DNA of 64,000 nucleotides from Octopus sinensis. Taxonomy: Eukaryota. The stretch spans positions 18,290,001 to 18,354,000 of the forward strand of contig NC_043008.1 of the NCBI RefSeq assembly GCF_006345805.1, read 5' to 3'. Shown in pieces: positions 50,560 through 64,000 of the stretch (the stretch's first letter is position 1; each line of letters starts with the position of its first letter). Both the position numbers and the translations under genes were made by a program. A model generated the notes under the pieces. That model was given only the letters and a program-made list of their open reading frames with translations, did no database searches and was not told the origin of the DNA.

Positions 50560-51282
50560 GTTATTGTTATTCAACATTTGGTAGTTTCAGGTAAATCTTG
50601 TGCTTCTTTTTTTTAGTAACATCATCATCGTCGTCATCGTCATCATTGTTATTTAATTTTTTTTATTTTTATTTCAACTGATTCATGTGCAAGAAAAAGA
50701 AACCTGCTAATATTCATATATTCATACAAAGCGATACTCACCATTTTAATAGCTCTAAGCACAACATTTAAGACAGAACAAAACCGAAAAAAAGGCTGAA
50801 TGGCGCCCGTGGGTTTGTTTCACTTCTCTATCTTAAATCAGTGCTTATAACGGGTGCAGTGACATATTATACATTTAAAATTAATGAAATATTAATGCCT
50901 AATATGAGTAAAAAAGATCAATATCATACATGAGATATTTCAGACATCTAATAACTCGCTTATTCAGTTGTAAAATTTGATTTCTGCAAATATTTGAATA
51001 AGTTAACACGAAATCAATTCGTTATATTTTTTTTATTTATATTTTATTTTATTTTATTTTATTTTATGAAAACTTTGCTCACGACTTTATTAAAAGCAAC
51101 CGTTTCCGACAACATTCATGGAATATTTTAATATATCTAACTTCTCGTTTTTAGCTTCTATGCAAATTTACAAGATGTATATATAAATATATTTGCGTCT
51201 TTATGTGTATGTGTTCTTCTGAGTGTGCGTGCATATATATATATATACATACATATACATATAGATATATATATATGCACAT

Positions 51283-51395
<113 letters not shown>

Positions 51396-51551
51396 TATAT
51401 ATACATATGTATATATTTACATACATACATACAAACTTATGCATATATACATGCTCACATACATACACACATACACACACATACTTATATGTATGCACAC
51501 CCACACAAATATATATGTATATATAATTGTCATTAATATTATTATTATTCG

Positions 51552-51583
<32 letters not shown>

Positions 51584-51779
51584 CGCATCCCACAGCGAAA
51601 TTTCAATGCACTCTAAAAAAGAAGGGTAACCAGAAAGTGACGCGTAATTTAACGCTGTGAAATTTTAATCAGTTTCTTAACAGCTGACAAAATTCTCTAA
51701 CCACGTTACGCATGAACTATACGGAGTACGACTGTACAGCCAAGGGTATTTCATGATCTAGGAGCATATAAGAGCAATT

Positions 51780-52400
51780 GTGCATTTTGTCATATATAAA
51801 CTTTCCCGTGATGACAACCATGTGCAACAAAACGCCAGGATGGATCTAGTACGACGGATCAAGAGACTAACCATGTTGTATAGTAAACATTTTTCCTAAG
51901 TCGTCTAGCTATGGAATCCTATAGGCGGAGAAGTAGTAATAATCTCACAGAAGACCTAGATGCAATCCATCGTGATTTCACAGTGATGATCACGTCAAGA
52001 AAACTAGGCTATTTGGAGAGATTGAAGGAGCTGAATCTCCACAAACTACAGAAAACGGGATTGGTGTAACAATATATATTTGTGGACGATCTTTGATTAT
52101 TGAAACTTCGGTTTTGACAGCTATGTTATTCTTCGAATTGGCAGCTACTTCATAATCCGGAAGATGCAACCATCTCATCAAACGTCAGGAGACATACTGT
52201 AAAAGCTTAGCTTTCAAAAGCCAACAGATTTTCAATATCATGCCAAGGAAATGTCCATGGATTGGAAGATAATGCACTTAATATGTACAGGCATAACTTA
52301 TTATCTTCGAGCGCCAAAGAACCAACAGCACACCAAAGTATGCAAATGACGGCGGATACAAACCCACACTTATTCCTTCAGTGAGACCACATCCATCGAC
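51780..52400 (+). pseudogene. Decayed CR1/L2-superfamily LINE 3' coding remnant
   Basis: SRLSYGIL, DLDAIHRDFT, LGYLERLKELNLHKLQK and QQIFNIMP parallel the better-preserved 62376 element. Confidence 0.6.
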
Positions 52401-52825
52401 ACTAGATTTAATAGGTTTATTGTATCGTCTTCCAAATGTTTTGCGTTCTTGTCCCAGTTTATATTTTTTTACATGTGTATATATTTATACACACACACAC
52501 ACAGACTTACATACACACAAACACACACACGCATACACACACACAGACGCACACACATACTGCGAACCGTCAACTTCTAAACAAAAATTCCTCCCCTGCC
52601 CTCAAACATCTAAATTCGTTAAGAAAGCGCCTGCTGTGCCTGAGGTCAAACCAATGACCCACATCTCTCATCCCAACTTGAGCACTGACAAATATCAAAT
52701 ATCAAAACAATTCAAGCCTTGCCATACACTCCTCCTTCTCCCCAATTATTGCTAATCCACCCTCTCTCTCTCTCTCTTTCTCTCTCCCTCTCCCTCTTCT
52801 CACCCCACAACATAGAACTATTCTA

Positions 52826-53250
52826 TATACTTTTATTCTTTTACATGTTTCAGTCACTTGCATGCGGCCGTGCCGGGGAACCAACTTGAAAGGGTTTAGT
52901 CGGATAAATCGACTCCAGGACTTATGTTCTAAGCCTGGTACTTATTCTATCGGTTTTCTTTGCCGAAACGCTATATTACGTGGGCGTAAATACATTAACG
53001 CCGGTTGTCAAGCGGTGGTAGAGGACAAGAACAGATATAAAGACACACACAAACACACATATATACGACGAGTTCTCTGTTTACCTCTACCAAATCAACT
53101 CACAAGGCCTTGGTCGACCCGAGTTATAGTAGGAGATACAAGTTTCCACGAAGTGCGTCTCAATACTGTCCCTGAAATTTGTTCATTTTTGTTTATATAT
53201 TTACTACGGATTGCGTGAAGCTAATTTTCTTCCTACACCTCTATCCCTGA
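52826..53250 (-). mobile_element. SINE family B variant
   Basis: TACATGTTTCAGTCACTTGCATGCGGCCGTG tail, family B body and a decayed head. Confidence 0.75.
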
Positions 53251-53590
53251 ATCTTACATTTTTACATATATATGTATGTGTGTATGTATGTATGTATGTA
53301 TGATGTATGTATGTATGTATGTATGTATGTATGTATGTATGTATGAACACAAAGTTCCTGGATATATCTGATTGCGTCGCATTTTGACCCAAAGATTTTT
53401 AACTGAATATAATTGCTTCGATTTAATTTGAATGGAAGCTCTTCCTATAACGCTCATGTTTCATAAATGGCCCAATATTCACACAGTGCGTCAGGCTATT
53501 CCACTGAAGTATGATGTGAAGTGCGTCTTGAAAAACTCATCTGCTAACACGCTGATTCAGTGACCAAGTAGTTCACCTCATCGTATAAAT

Positions 53591-53903
53591 CAGGTGTTTC
53601 AACCATTTTTTTCTCTATGGATCCCTGTGATTACTATTTTGTTCTGGTAGACCCCTATAGTCATTCGTTGTTTGAACATACTCCTTTCAAAATTCCTATT
53701 CCGTTTTTCACACATTAACCTCTGTAGGTTGAACAATGTAAAACTTCAGAGATTCAATCCAAGTTGTTTCTTGCAGTACATATCAATATCTACACCTAAA
53801 ACAAATTTTTTCAAAGGACCTTAAAATACTATGTTGTTGTGCGGACCACCAAAAATCTTATATGGTTCTGAGGGGTCATATTAACCTCAGTTGAGTACCA
53901 CTG
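53591..53903. mobile_element. hAT (Charlie-like) MITE
   Basis: Imperfect TIRs CAGGTGTTTCAACC and GTTGAGTACCACTG; 8-bp flanks GTATAAAT and ATATAACT (6/8 identical). Confidence 0.6.
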
Positions 53904-54570
53904 ATATAACTGAGTACTCATCTTCAAAACCAACAGAGATACACAATGACACACACACACACACACACTCACACACACACACTCATTCTTTGTTCCATTC
54001 CTTGGAATACAGGTCAATATTTAATATCACTTGCACGCCCCTCCTTGAAGCGTCGATGTGGTTCTAAGTGTGAAGAGATATCGCATATTAGAACTTGACT
54101 GTTATATATACTAGAACGTGTGTACATATATACATCTTCTTTTTGAGCTGGTTGATGTTTGCTCCGATATATTCTTAACCGTTCTGTGCTGTGTAGTGTT
54201 ATTACATGGATATTATGTCTTTTGGAGGTAGTTTTCAGTTAATTATATAGATAATCAGTAGATGAAATGAAATGATATTACATCCCAGACATCAAAATAA
54301 GTTCATTTTTAGATGTGATCGGCATTGCATCTAGTGTAAATATTAGTAGCTGCATATCATTGCTGAACCGGGAAATAAAGAAGAATATATATATATATAA
54401 ACCAAAATATAAGCAACAAGAATGGATCAGTAGTTTAGTACAATTGTTTCATACTATAAACATTTTATTAAAGCTGCAAAAATTACAGCAAATATAATGT
54501 CAAGTAATCTTCAGCTAAATTTCATATAGGTTTTCCAAACATCTTAGAGACTGTAAATATACTTATAAAG

Positions 54571-54606
<36 letters not shown>

Positions 54607-55334
54607 CAGCCAGCAACATTTAGGAGATAAATGTTATTTACTAATAAAAACAAGGACAACATATTTTATTACTTGAACCCCACTAAAATTAAAATGCCGC
54701 CAGCTAAGCAAAAGCTTATTGAAGGAGAAACCTATAAAATCGATGCCCTTCGTAGAGCAAATTAGATGTATAAAACTAGCGTAAAAATCGGGAAACAATA
54801 TCACCCAGAGAGGTTGCTGAGGCAGCAGACAAAATCGCTCCAAATTGGATGCCGTGTAAATAATGGATATATGTAGGCACGCGTGTATATGAATGTCTTT
54901 ATAAGAATGTATATTCGTAAGTATTCATATATATATATACTTGAGTGCGTGCGTGTGGGTGGAGGGATGTATGCGTATATATATCACGTACATATATGCA
55001 CATACGTCATTCTAATTTGTTATTACCGCGCTGTACACGACTAACGCTTCGATCTGAAGCATATGTGTATTGAGTTCTAACACCGGGTCATTAGCATCAT
55101 ATGCCTAGCAAAATTTTAATGCGTGTCAGTGTGCATAAAGAAATATATAGATAGATACTTACATATATACATATATATATATATATGCATATATGCATAT
55201 ACATATATACATATATATATACATACATATATGCATATATGTTCATATAAATATATATATATATATATATAAATAATATATACATGCCTGTATACATGCA
55301 TATATGTACATACATCTATACGTGTATATATATA

Positions 55335-55710
55335 CATGTGTGGACACAGGACGTCATGAAACGTGTACAACAAAAAAACACGGGGTACGAATACATGGAA
55401 TATGAACTATTTTTTCGAACCAGGAAAACCAAATGGAATACAAGACAAAGAACATAAAGACCATTCGTTGTTGGCTGTATTTTATTCTGTATTTCGAGCA
55501 TTTAATAACAATATACGCTTTCGATAAAACAGTTGCTCTCGCAAAGCCAATTATATAAAAGTTGGGATTTTGCGGAGGGTCAAAATTGGTAACAAAAACA
55601 GGACAGTTAAAACAAATAGGAAGGTTCGCTAAGCCTAAATGAAGTGGCAAACGAGTAAATAAAGCTTTGACAGGAGACAGACAAGAACGCGTCTTCTTCG
55701 TTCCAGCTAC
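55335..55710 (-). mobile_element. Probable pLTR-like repeat with a strongly decayed hammerhead-like core
   Basis: Minus-strand TTTTATCGAAAGC...GCTCGAAATACAG and the same T-rich tail architecture as the 24.5 and 39.8 kb repeats. Confidence 0.35.
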
Positions 55711-55718
55711 ATATACAT

Positions 55719-55785
<67 letters not shown>

Positions 55786-55838
55786 CATGTACACACATAC
55801 ATATATATATATTACTGCTGCTTAGATAAATATATATG

Positions 55839-55892
<54 letters not shown>

Positions 55893-55894
<2 letters not shown>

Positions 55895-56368
55895 GTAGTG
55901 CTGCCCTAGGTCAAGAGGTTGGCTTCTGGAAGACCACCTGTATAGCAACTAAACTCTGCAAGATGCCACACAAACAGGAGAACCCAGTCATGGCTGTCAG
56001 ACAATGTCTCCGACCGCATCACTCTTAATATCCTCCCACCTATCTCCAGAGACTGCAACCCCCTTCATTAATATGTATGGGGGACAGCTGAGCGAGTGAC
56101 CAACAAAATCCGCTGTAACAACAAAGATGAACTGAAGGCAAGGAACATGGAAGCATTCACCACCTTAAACAAGGAGACCGCCGAGAAAAGTTGCAGGAAA
56201 TTCCGAAGTCGTCTCGAGACCGTGGTTGAAGTCAATGGCGATTTTATGGAATGAATTTTCTCCTTAGTATTTCAAGATATTTTAAGGTAATTTTCGTAAA
56301 TATGTCTGTTAAAATGAGATGTCTGTTATTTTGCGTAATTTAGACGACAGTTTTTTCATCGCACCCTG
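55893..56368 (+). mobile_element. 3' part of a maT/DD37D-type Tc1-mariner transposon with right TIR
   Basis: Decayed GRPPV*QLNSARCH, ILPPISRDCNP and NKDELKAR...RFRSRLETVVEVNGDFME*; ends TTTTCATCGCACCCTG followed by TA. Confidence 0.8.
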
Positions 56369-56436
56369 TATATATAAATATATATATATATACATATGTG
56401 TATGTATATATATATACATACATACATGTGTGTATG

Positions 56437-56472
<36 letters not shown>

Positions 56473-56673
56473 ATAATTATCAATAATAGGTGACTTAATG
56501 TAGAATGGTTATCGTCATTTCTTTCTCTTTTGCCTGCGTTGTTTGCCTTTTAAGTGCTGTGGTTTTACTGGGATCTCCCTTTTAAGTAGAAAGAATAGAC
56601 AAAACTCTTTTGACTGCTATTTCTAAATTCGGTGTGTGGTGAGGCAAATCGTTGCTAAACCCTTAATTACTTA

Positions 56674-56722
<49 letters not shown>

Positions 56723-58033
56723 TCTGTGTGTGTTTCAGTGTTTGTGTGTGTGCGCGTGTGTGGTGTGTGTTTTCTGCTCAAGCCGAGGTCTGATTTGCTT
56801 TACATTCGACCGTGATAACAAAATTTACCGGTAATATTTTTTCGTTGATACACTATACAACGCTTTCTTTCATTGATAATTAGTTATGCATATAATTAAA
56901 AAGGAAGCTATATGATTGACATGAATCAGACAAGACCTAATTAATGCATCGAAACCTAATTCATAAATTAATGAAAATATGTCTTCTCCGTAACAATTCT
57001 ATTTAGCGTCGAATTCACATTTCTGTGTTGAATGTTGCTTTAAATTCTCCCATATTGAGAATATTCTACAAAATCCATCTATATTCAAATGATATTTGCC
57101 TGTTTTGCAGTGTTTATGTAATTCTTGGCCACATTTCCTCGAAAGAAATTAATTGAGAAATGTCTTACAAGATTTTATCATCGGACAAATTGAGAAGAAA
57201 ATCGTATGTGGTTGACATTTCATTACTTCCATAATAGCATCTGCAATTTAGTGTAAAATCTCCGTAGTAAGAAAAACGCACAAGAAGTATTTAACGGGAA
57301 ATCTTATATATATCCTGCAGTCCTGTTCGTGTTGATGGAGCACGTAAACATAAAATAAATGTCCGAAATGCCATAGAGAATGTGGAAAGGAAAGTCTACG
57401 CATCTAGAATAAATAAGTAAATGTCCATGGTAACTAGTTTCTCGAAACTCAACATGATAAATATGGCTGTTCTGCACAAGCTATTCCAGCCATTGTTTTC
57501 CAGAATTTCAAACAAATTACTTGCTATTTAATTTTGGCCATCGCTGTAACACTCTCGAATGAACAACAGGACTGAACTGATTAAGTATTGATCACATATA
57601 AACTGGTATTTCGTATCAAGATCGACCACTTCTACACTGCAATTTCTACACCTGCACACGATCTTTCCTTATCAGTTATGGCAAAAACCGCACCTTGGAC
57701 AATACTCAGACTAACTCGAAATTTATATTTAACGGTCGGCTGGAGAAAAGGGTTTTAGTTGGAAGTAAAATTATTATTCAAAGGAAAATTTCATATCTTA
57801 CAATGAATAATTCTATACTACAATTATTTCTATCATTATTATCATTCCCAAATACACCAATAAGAAATTCACTGTGAAACAATGTAGGGATTTTGCAATG
57901 AAGTATTCATCAAGGACCTGTGTTTTCCCCATCTATCTAGAAGTGTCGTTCAAAATCTCCTGGGCCTTTCTTTGTTTCCCATCACAGAACAAAATGTGAC
58001 ATAATATGACATAATGTTGGTGTATATATATAT

Positions 58034-58070
<37 letters not shown>

Positions 58071-58200
58071 GCATGTGTATGTATATATACGTAGACATAT
58101 ATATGTATACGCAAAAATAAATCTCTGAAAGGGTTATAAACAGTAGCATCCACCCTTAGTGGTTAGCCACATTTAAGTGGCAGATATACTTCACACACAT

Positions 58201-58251
<51 letters not shown>

Positions 58252-58332
58252 CATATATATGCATACATCCATATCCATATATATATGTATATGTATATAT
58301 AAATATGTATATATATAAATATATATATATGC

Positions 58333-58367
<35 letters not shown>

Positions 58368-59517
58368 TGTATGTATGTATGTGTGATTGTGTATAAACTT
58401 ACGCCAAACGAAACGATTGTAGTTAACATTGCTAATCTAACAGAGAGCTAAATGTGTAGTCCTACACTCTACTACCTAATTTCGAAGATGTTCAATGATA
58501 TGAAAAAAAAAAAACTAAAATCCCGGACAGATAATATCCCTGCGACTGCTCGGCATTAAATTCTTGTAGGTTCCGTGTAGTATCGTGGAAGGCAAATTAA
58601 TCCCTCAGAAATTAAAACTGAGAAATGCATGCGATAATAGACATCAAATTTAATGGTTTAATTTTATAGTCAACAACGCAGCACATGCACAAGTGACTTA
58701 TAATCATGATTAAATTTATCGTATAGATGTACAATCTGTATCCCTGCCTATAAATACGACAGTACCATTACACACAGTATATATACGTTATCGTTTACGA
58801 GCACATGATTACAATTGTGGAGAACACAGATAAGCTGATAAAAAGAAATGTATGAATGATAGATTATGAATAAAAGCAAAGTAAAGCATGTCTGTTTATA
58901 TGCACATATAAATTAATATTGCGGTGTTATCCTCACATTCTCGCGTGTGCATTTTAACCTGTTCTCATAACTGAGAGTACTTGAGGGCACTCCCAGTTGC
59001 GTGCAAAATCCTGAAAGACACTCGCGAAAATCAAAAAGCTTGTGGATTATCATTCTGAATATTGCTGAAGGAAATAATGCACAACACCACGTCATATTTA
59101 TAAGAAACTAACTATTGTGGATGTTTTATTTAATTCATTTCAGTTTTGTTTCCGTTTTCTCTCAGTTTTAAGAGGTCATCATAAACGAGGGAAACCGGTA
59201 CGTATTTTCCTTCAGTGTTCCATGATAAATTTCTGAAGGTCTTTTCTTATTTTCATCTACTCGTGTATAATCACAAACACGCACGCATACACACACAAAC
59301 ATTACACACACGCTCATTTCCATGTATATTTATGTTTGTCAGTGTCTCAACAAATTCACGCATTTCTAAGTTAATTTTAAATAAAATTTTTGTTTCTTTC
59401 TACACAGATTATGATCTTAGGATGAAATAACTTTCATTTGCTCAAATATTCTCGCCAAATATAAGAATAAGTATGATATTTTACTTTTCCCCTTCTCAAA
59501 ATTCAATATTTATAATA

Positions 59518-59739
59518 TAACTCTTTTACTTGTTTCAGTCACTTGACTGCGGCCATGCTGGAGCACCGCCTTTAATTGAGCAAATTAACCCCAGGACTTA
59601 TTTTTTGTAAGCCTAGTACTTATTCTATCAGTCGCTTTTGCCGAACCGATAAGTTGCGGGAACGTAAACACACCAGCATCTGTTGTCAAGCGATGTAGCG
59701 GTGACAAACACAGACACACAAACACACACACATATATAT

Positions 59740-59771
<32 letters not shown>

Positions 59772-59946
59772 CAAATATACGACGGGGTTCTTTCAGTTTC
59801 CGTCTATCAAATCCACTCACAAGGACTTGTTCGGCCCGAGGCTATAGTAGAAGACACTTGCCCAAAGTGCCGCGCAGTGGGACTGAACCCGGAACCATGT
59901 GGTTGGTAAGCAAGCTAATTCCCACGCAGCCACTCCTGCGCCTATA
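59518..59946 (-). mobile_element. SINE family B, full length
   Basis: Complete element. Confidence 0.93.
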
Positions 59947-59954
59947 AGGTAATT

Positions 59955-60170
59955 AAAGTGGCGAGCTAATAGGGTCGTTAGCGGACAGGACAAAATGCTT
60001 AGCGGTATTTCTTCTGTCTTCATTACATTCTGACTTCAAATCCTGCCGAGATCGACTTTAACTTTCATCCTTTCAGGATCGATAATATATGTACCAGTTG
60101 AACACTGGGTCCATATGATCGACTTACCCCTTCCCCAGAAATTGCCGGTGTTGCGTCAAAATTTGAAAGC
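59955..60170 (+). mobile_element. SINE family A variant
   Basis: AAGTGGCGAGCTAATAGG head; CTTTCATCCTTTCAGGATCGATAA central block. Confidence 0.75.
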
Positions 60171-60512
60171 AATATAAATGAGGATGTGTAATACAGGCTA
60201 AACTTTTTCGCTTTGTGGAAAACCAACCAAATTCAAAACAGCACAATCGTTTTACTAAGTGTTAAGGAATTTTTATTTAATAAAAGGAAAACAAAGTAAT
60301 CTTATCTAAATATGTATTATTTAAATAAATATATCATGTGGCACTAAGTTTTATTTCACCGAGTAAAGGCGTAGAATCATAGTGTCGTATTTTTTCACTT
60401 GGAAAAACATTACCCACCCACATCCCCATACACACAAGCATACATAAATACATATACATGCATGTATGTAATATATATATATGTGTGTGTGGTGTTGTAG
60501 TGTGTATATATG

Positions 60513-60569
<57 letters not shown>

Positions 60570-60578
<9 letters not shown>

Positions 60579-60785
60579 AACTCGTAAACACCAGTCGCCT
60601 TTTTTCTCTTTCCCTGTTGCCCGCTCTGGATCTTTCTTTCCTCTCTCTTTCCTCTTTATGTTTCCGACGAAGAGCTCCGCTCGAAACGTCATACCTCCCT
60701 GCTTCCATTTCTGAGCGCTATTAATAATAATACTGTAATTGTCCATTGTTGTTGTTTTTGTTTCCCGTTGATTAAAATTATATAT
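60570..60785 (+). mobile_element. pLTR-like short repeat with a hammerhead-like motif
   Basis: GTTT-CCGACGA-A-GAGC(TCC)GCTC-GAAAC-GTC-ATAC at 60660-60694. Confidence 0.62.
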
Positions 60786-60866
60786 AATATATAATATATA
60801 TATATATATAATATATATGAGAGAGAGAGAGAGATAGAAAAGAGATAGAGAGAGAGAGAGATAGAG

Positions 60867-61007
60867 AAAGAAATGGAGTTAAACGAAGGTGTTATTCAAA
60901 TCTTTATACTTCCGACATATGTTTCGAAGAAAATATTGGTATTATTCCAGAAGGAATAATATGATGTAAAAGAATGCGATCTTCTCTGCGTTTAACTCCA
61001 TTTCTTT
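60867..61007. repeat. 141-bp unit bounded by perfect 19-bp inverted repeats
   Basis: AAAGAAATGGAGTTAAACG (60867-60885) and CGTTTAACTCCATTTCTTT (60989-61007). Confidence 0.8.
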
Positions 61008-61237
61008 ATTTGTCTGTTAATCAAAAATATTTCACTAAACCATGGGATTGCTACCTTTATAATTAGACTGTAATATTTCCTTGTTACTTACGTGAAGTTT
61101 TTTCTATCCAGTACCTATTTATTTATTTTTCCGTGTTATTTGTACACATTGAAAAATATATATGTTTGTTTGTGTGCCTGTTTGTATGTGTATTTATATA
61201 TAGATTTACATATTCACACACCACACACACACACACC

Positions 61238-61286
<49 letters not shown>

Positions 61287-61693
61287 TATATATATATGCA
61301 CTTGCAGACGCACACTACATATGATTCACACTTGATGATACTTCATTACTGAGATCAGGTATTCGGCGGACCGAAACCGATCAAACAAATACTATTTTTA
61401 TTTATACTCGAATCCCATATGCATGTAAGCATGTATGTATGTACATTTGTATGCCTGTATGTATTTATGTGCTCATGTGAGTGAGATGTCTTTGATTGTG
61501 TGTGCATGTTTGTATGTGTATCGATCCACTACGTTTCTTGACGCAAACTAACACGATATAATAAAATAGTTTAGCCCGATATTTGCAAAAATAAATATAA
61601 ACAAGCGTACAAACACCCACATATTCAGCGTCATACACACTTACACACTCAGGAAAACAACATTCATACACACCCTTGCGAACGGGCATGTGT

Positions 61694-61754
<61 letters not shown>

Positions 61755-62273
61755 CATATATACATTTATATAAAGGAGAGTTGGAGACGAAAGAGAGAGA
61801 AAGAGAGATGCAATGGTTATTTGCATAGACACAGTCTAGCAAATTTCAAAACACAAAAATTATTGATCAGATTGAGATTAAGCTAGAAGATACTTGCTCA
61901 AGGTATGTTGAAGTTGGGTCGAATGTTTATAGACTGCTTTTCAAGAGACGCAGAGGATTTGCGTTGTTGATCATACGGAGGAAAGGTGTTTGGTGCTTTG
62001 TAGTAGATCTTGATATGTACAAATTAACGAAAGTTATGTAACTGAGATATATACCTATATATACATATATATGTATATATATGCATATATATATATATAC
62101 TTATATACATATATATATGCATATATATATATACTTATATACATACATATATATATATATATATATACATATATATGTATATATATGCATATATATATAT
62201 ATACTTATATACATACATATATATATACATATATATATATCCATACATATATATATACATAGATATATATACC

Positions 62274-62304
<31 letters not shown>

Positions 62305-62375
62305 ACATACATATATACATATATATATACATATATATATATCCATACATATATATATATACATACATATATATT

Positions 62376-63050
62376 GGATTCTCTGGATTCTCAGAACTTT
62401 CCAGTCGAGAGATATCCACACCATTATCCTTCTCTTCTTCACTTTTGCCCGACCCCACCTTGAATACTGTTGTCCACTGTGGTCTCCCCACACAATACAA
62501 GGTATCATAAAAGTTGAAGCACCTCAAAGGGCAATAACAAAAAAGATAGATGGCATGACAGGCCTCGACTATTGGGGTCGACTAGAAAAGCTAAAACTTT
62601 ATTCTCTCCAACGTCGTCGTGAGCGCTACATCATCTGCATGATGTGGAAAATATTCCATTCAGCATTGCCCAAATGATGTTGGCATCACCTTTAAGGTAC
62701 ATCCAAGGCTTGGGCCCCGTGCCATCCGCCCAAAACAAAAAATCGCACTCTCATCTCATAACAACAATACGGCACAATTATTTCACCTCAATTGGCCCCG
62801 CTCTCTTTAACATTACACCAAAACACGTTAAAACAGAAACTGACCCTATAGGGTTCAAGAAGTCTTTTGACAGATTCCTTCAAGAAATCTCGGATAAACC
62901 CCCTACACCCGGATATGTCTCTGTAAACAATAACTCTCTACTTGAGTGGGCCATAGTGCACAAATTCTGACTTGAAAGACTTCACCAGGTGGTGCTATTA
63001 AGTTGGACATGGCCTGGGCCAATAATGGCCGAAACCTATCAAAGTATCAA
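62376..63050 (+). mobile_element. 5'-truncated CR1/L2-superfamily LINE (ORF2 C-terminus plus 3' UTR), inserted in a microsatellite
   Basis: [45 protein letters not shown], then a frameshift to GPALFNITP...PDKP-like...NNSLLEW; stop at 62970. Ends in a tandem TATCAAAG octamer. Confidence 0.9.
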
Positions 63051-63086
63051 AGTATATATACATACATATATATATATATATATACA

Positions 63087-63148
<62 letters not shown>

Positions 63149-63604
63149 CATATATATACATACATACATATATATATATACATACATACATATATATATA
63201 TACATACATACATATATATATATACATACATACATATATATACATACATACATATATATACATACATAATACATACATATACATATAGAATTATATATAT
63301 AATATATATATATATATATATGCATACACAACACATATATATATATATATATAATATATATATATCGCTCTTCAGGTACTCTTCCAGTCGATGTGATTCT
63401 CCTGTTCCCCTTAGAACAGTAATAAACGAGTGAAGAATCAATATATAGTGCATTATTTGGGGGTCCTTAAAAAGTGAAAAAGACCATCCCAGAATAATGC
63501 AATATCTGTCTCGACACACGGTTTCATATCAGGTAGGATTCAACACAAATTCCTAAACATGTTTGTGTATGCGTGTGTGGGGTGGGGGTTGTGTGTAATC
63601 TATT

Positions 63605-63835
63605 TTCGGGATTGATCTCCGTCCCGTTATGCTCCCGATATATCTTTTCTAGTCTAGTAGCGAGCACCTTCATTTCTGCTTCACTACTTCCTAATATGTC
63701 AAAGTCTATATCATCTGCTAAGTGCAGATTGGAAATGGACTCTCTTCCAATGGAAACAGGAGTGTGGATGTTATCAACTGCCCCCCGCAGGAAGACGTAG
63801 AAAAGCGCTGGAAAGAAGATGCATCCTTGTTTATA
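63605..63835 (-). pseudogene. RTE-like reverse transcriptase fragment (not in the ORF track on this strand)
   Basis: Open frame KQGCIFFPALF...VSIGRESISNLHLADDI...GTEINPEN corresponds to the RT domain 4-6 motifs QGCxLSPxLF, ISNLRFADD and GxEIN. Confidence 0.75.
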
Positions 63836-64000
63836 TGTCTATAAATGGATTTTCTCCCGGACGAAAATTGCAGCCTCTAAATTTTTACGCCACCCATACG
63901 GTAAGCGTATTATGTAGATACATATTTTGTTCTAAAACTGCTTTCATTTCATAATTCTAAATTTTTTTTTACCTTAAGCGGCGTCATTGTAAATTCGTAT

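Overview
AT-rich eukaryotic nuclear DNA, very rich in microsatellites. The SINE families and the (TA)n/(ATAC)n/(TAA)n/(GATA)n content point to an octopus (coleoid cephalopod) genome; this is pattern recognition, not a database result. Most entries in the ORF track are microsatellite artefacts (YI/HT/CV runs). The supportable content is as follows. (i) Four tRNA-derived SINE families (A-D here, about 25 copies), including a nested SINE-in-SINE, inverted pairs and one family with two alternative 3' tails. (ii) Non-LTR retrotransposon fragments: a Hero-like RLE element with an intact C-terminal ORF, two R4/Dong lineages next to (TAA)n and (ATAC)n microsatellites, and CR1/L2-like and RTE-like remnants. 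(iii) DNA-transposon remnants: maT/DD37D Tc1-mariner, mariner, MULE, a hAT MITE and a non-autonomous Helitron. (iv) Several Penelope-type pLTR-like repeats carrying minimal hammerhead-ribozyme-like motifs or long hairpins. (v) A tentative multi-exon minus-strand protein-coding gene at about 11.0-13.3 kb, absent from the ORF track, built by hand from phase-consistent GT-AG exons; it has an in-frame TAG that could be an alternative acceptor, a poison stop or an A-to-I recoding site. No rRNA, true tRNA or CRISPR array was found.
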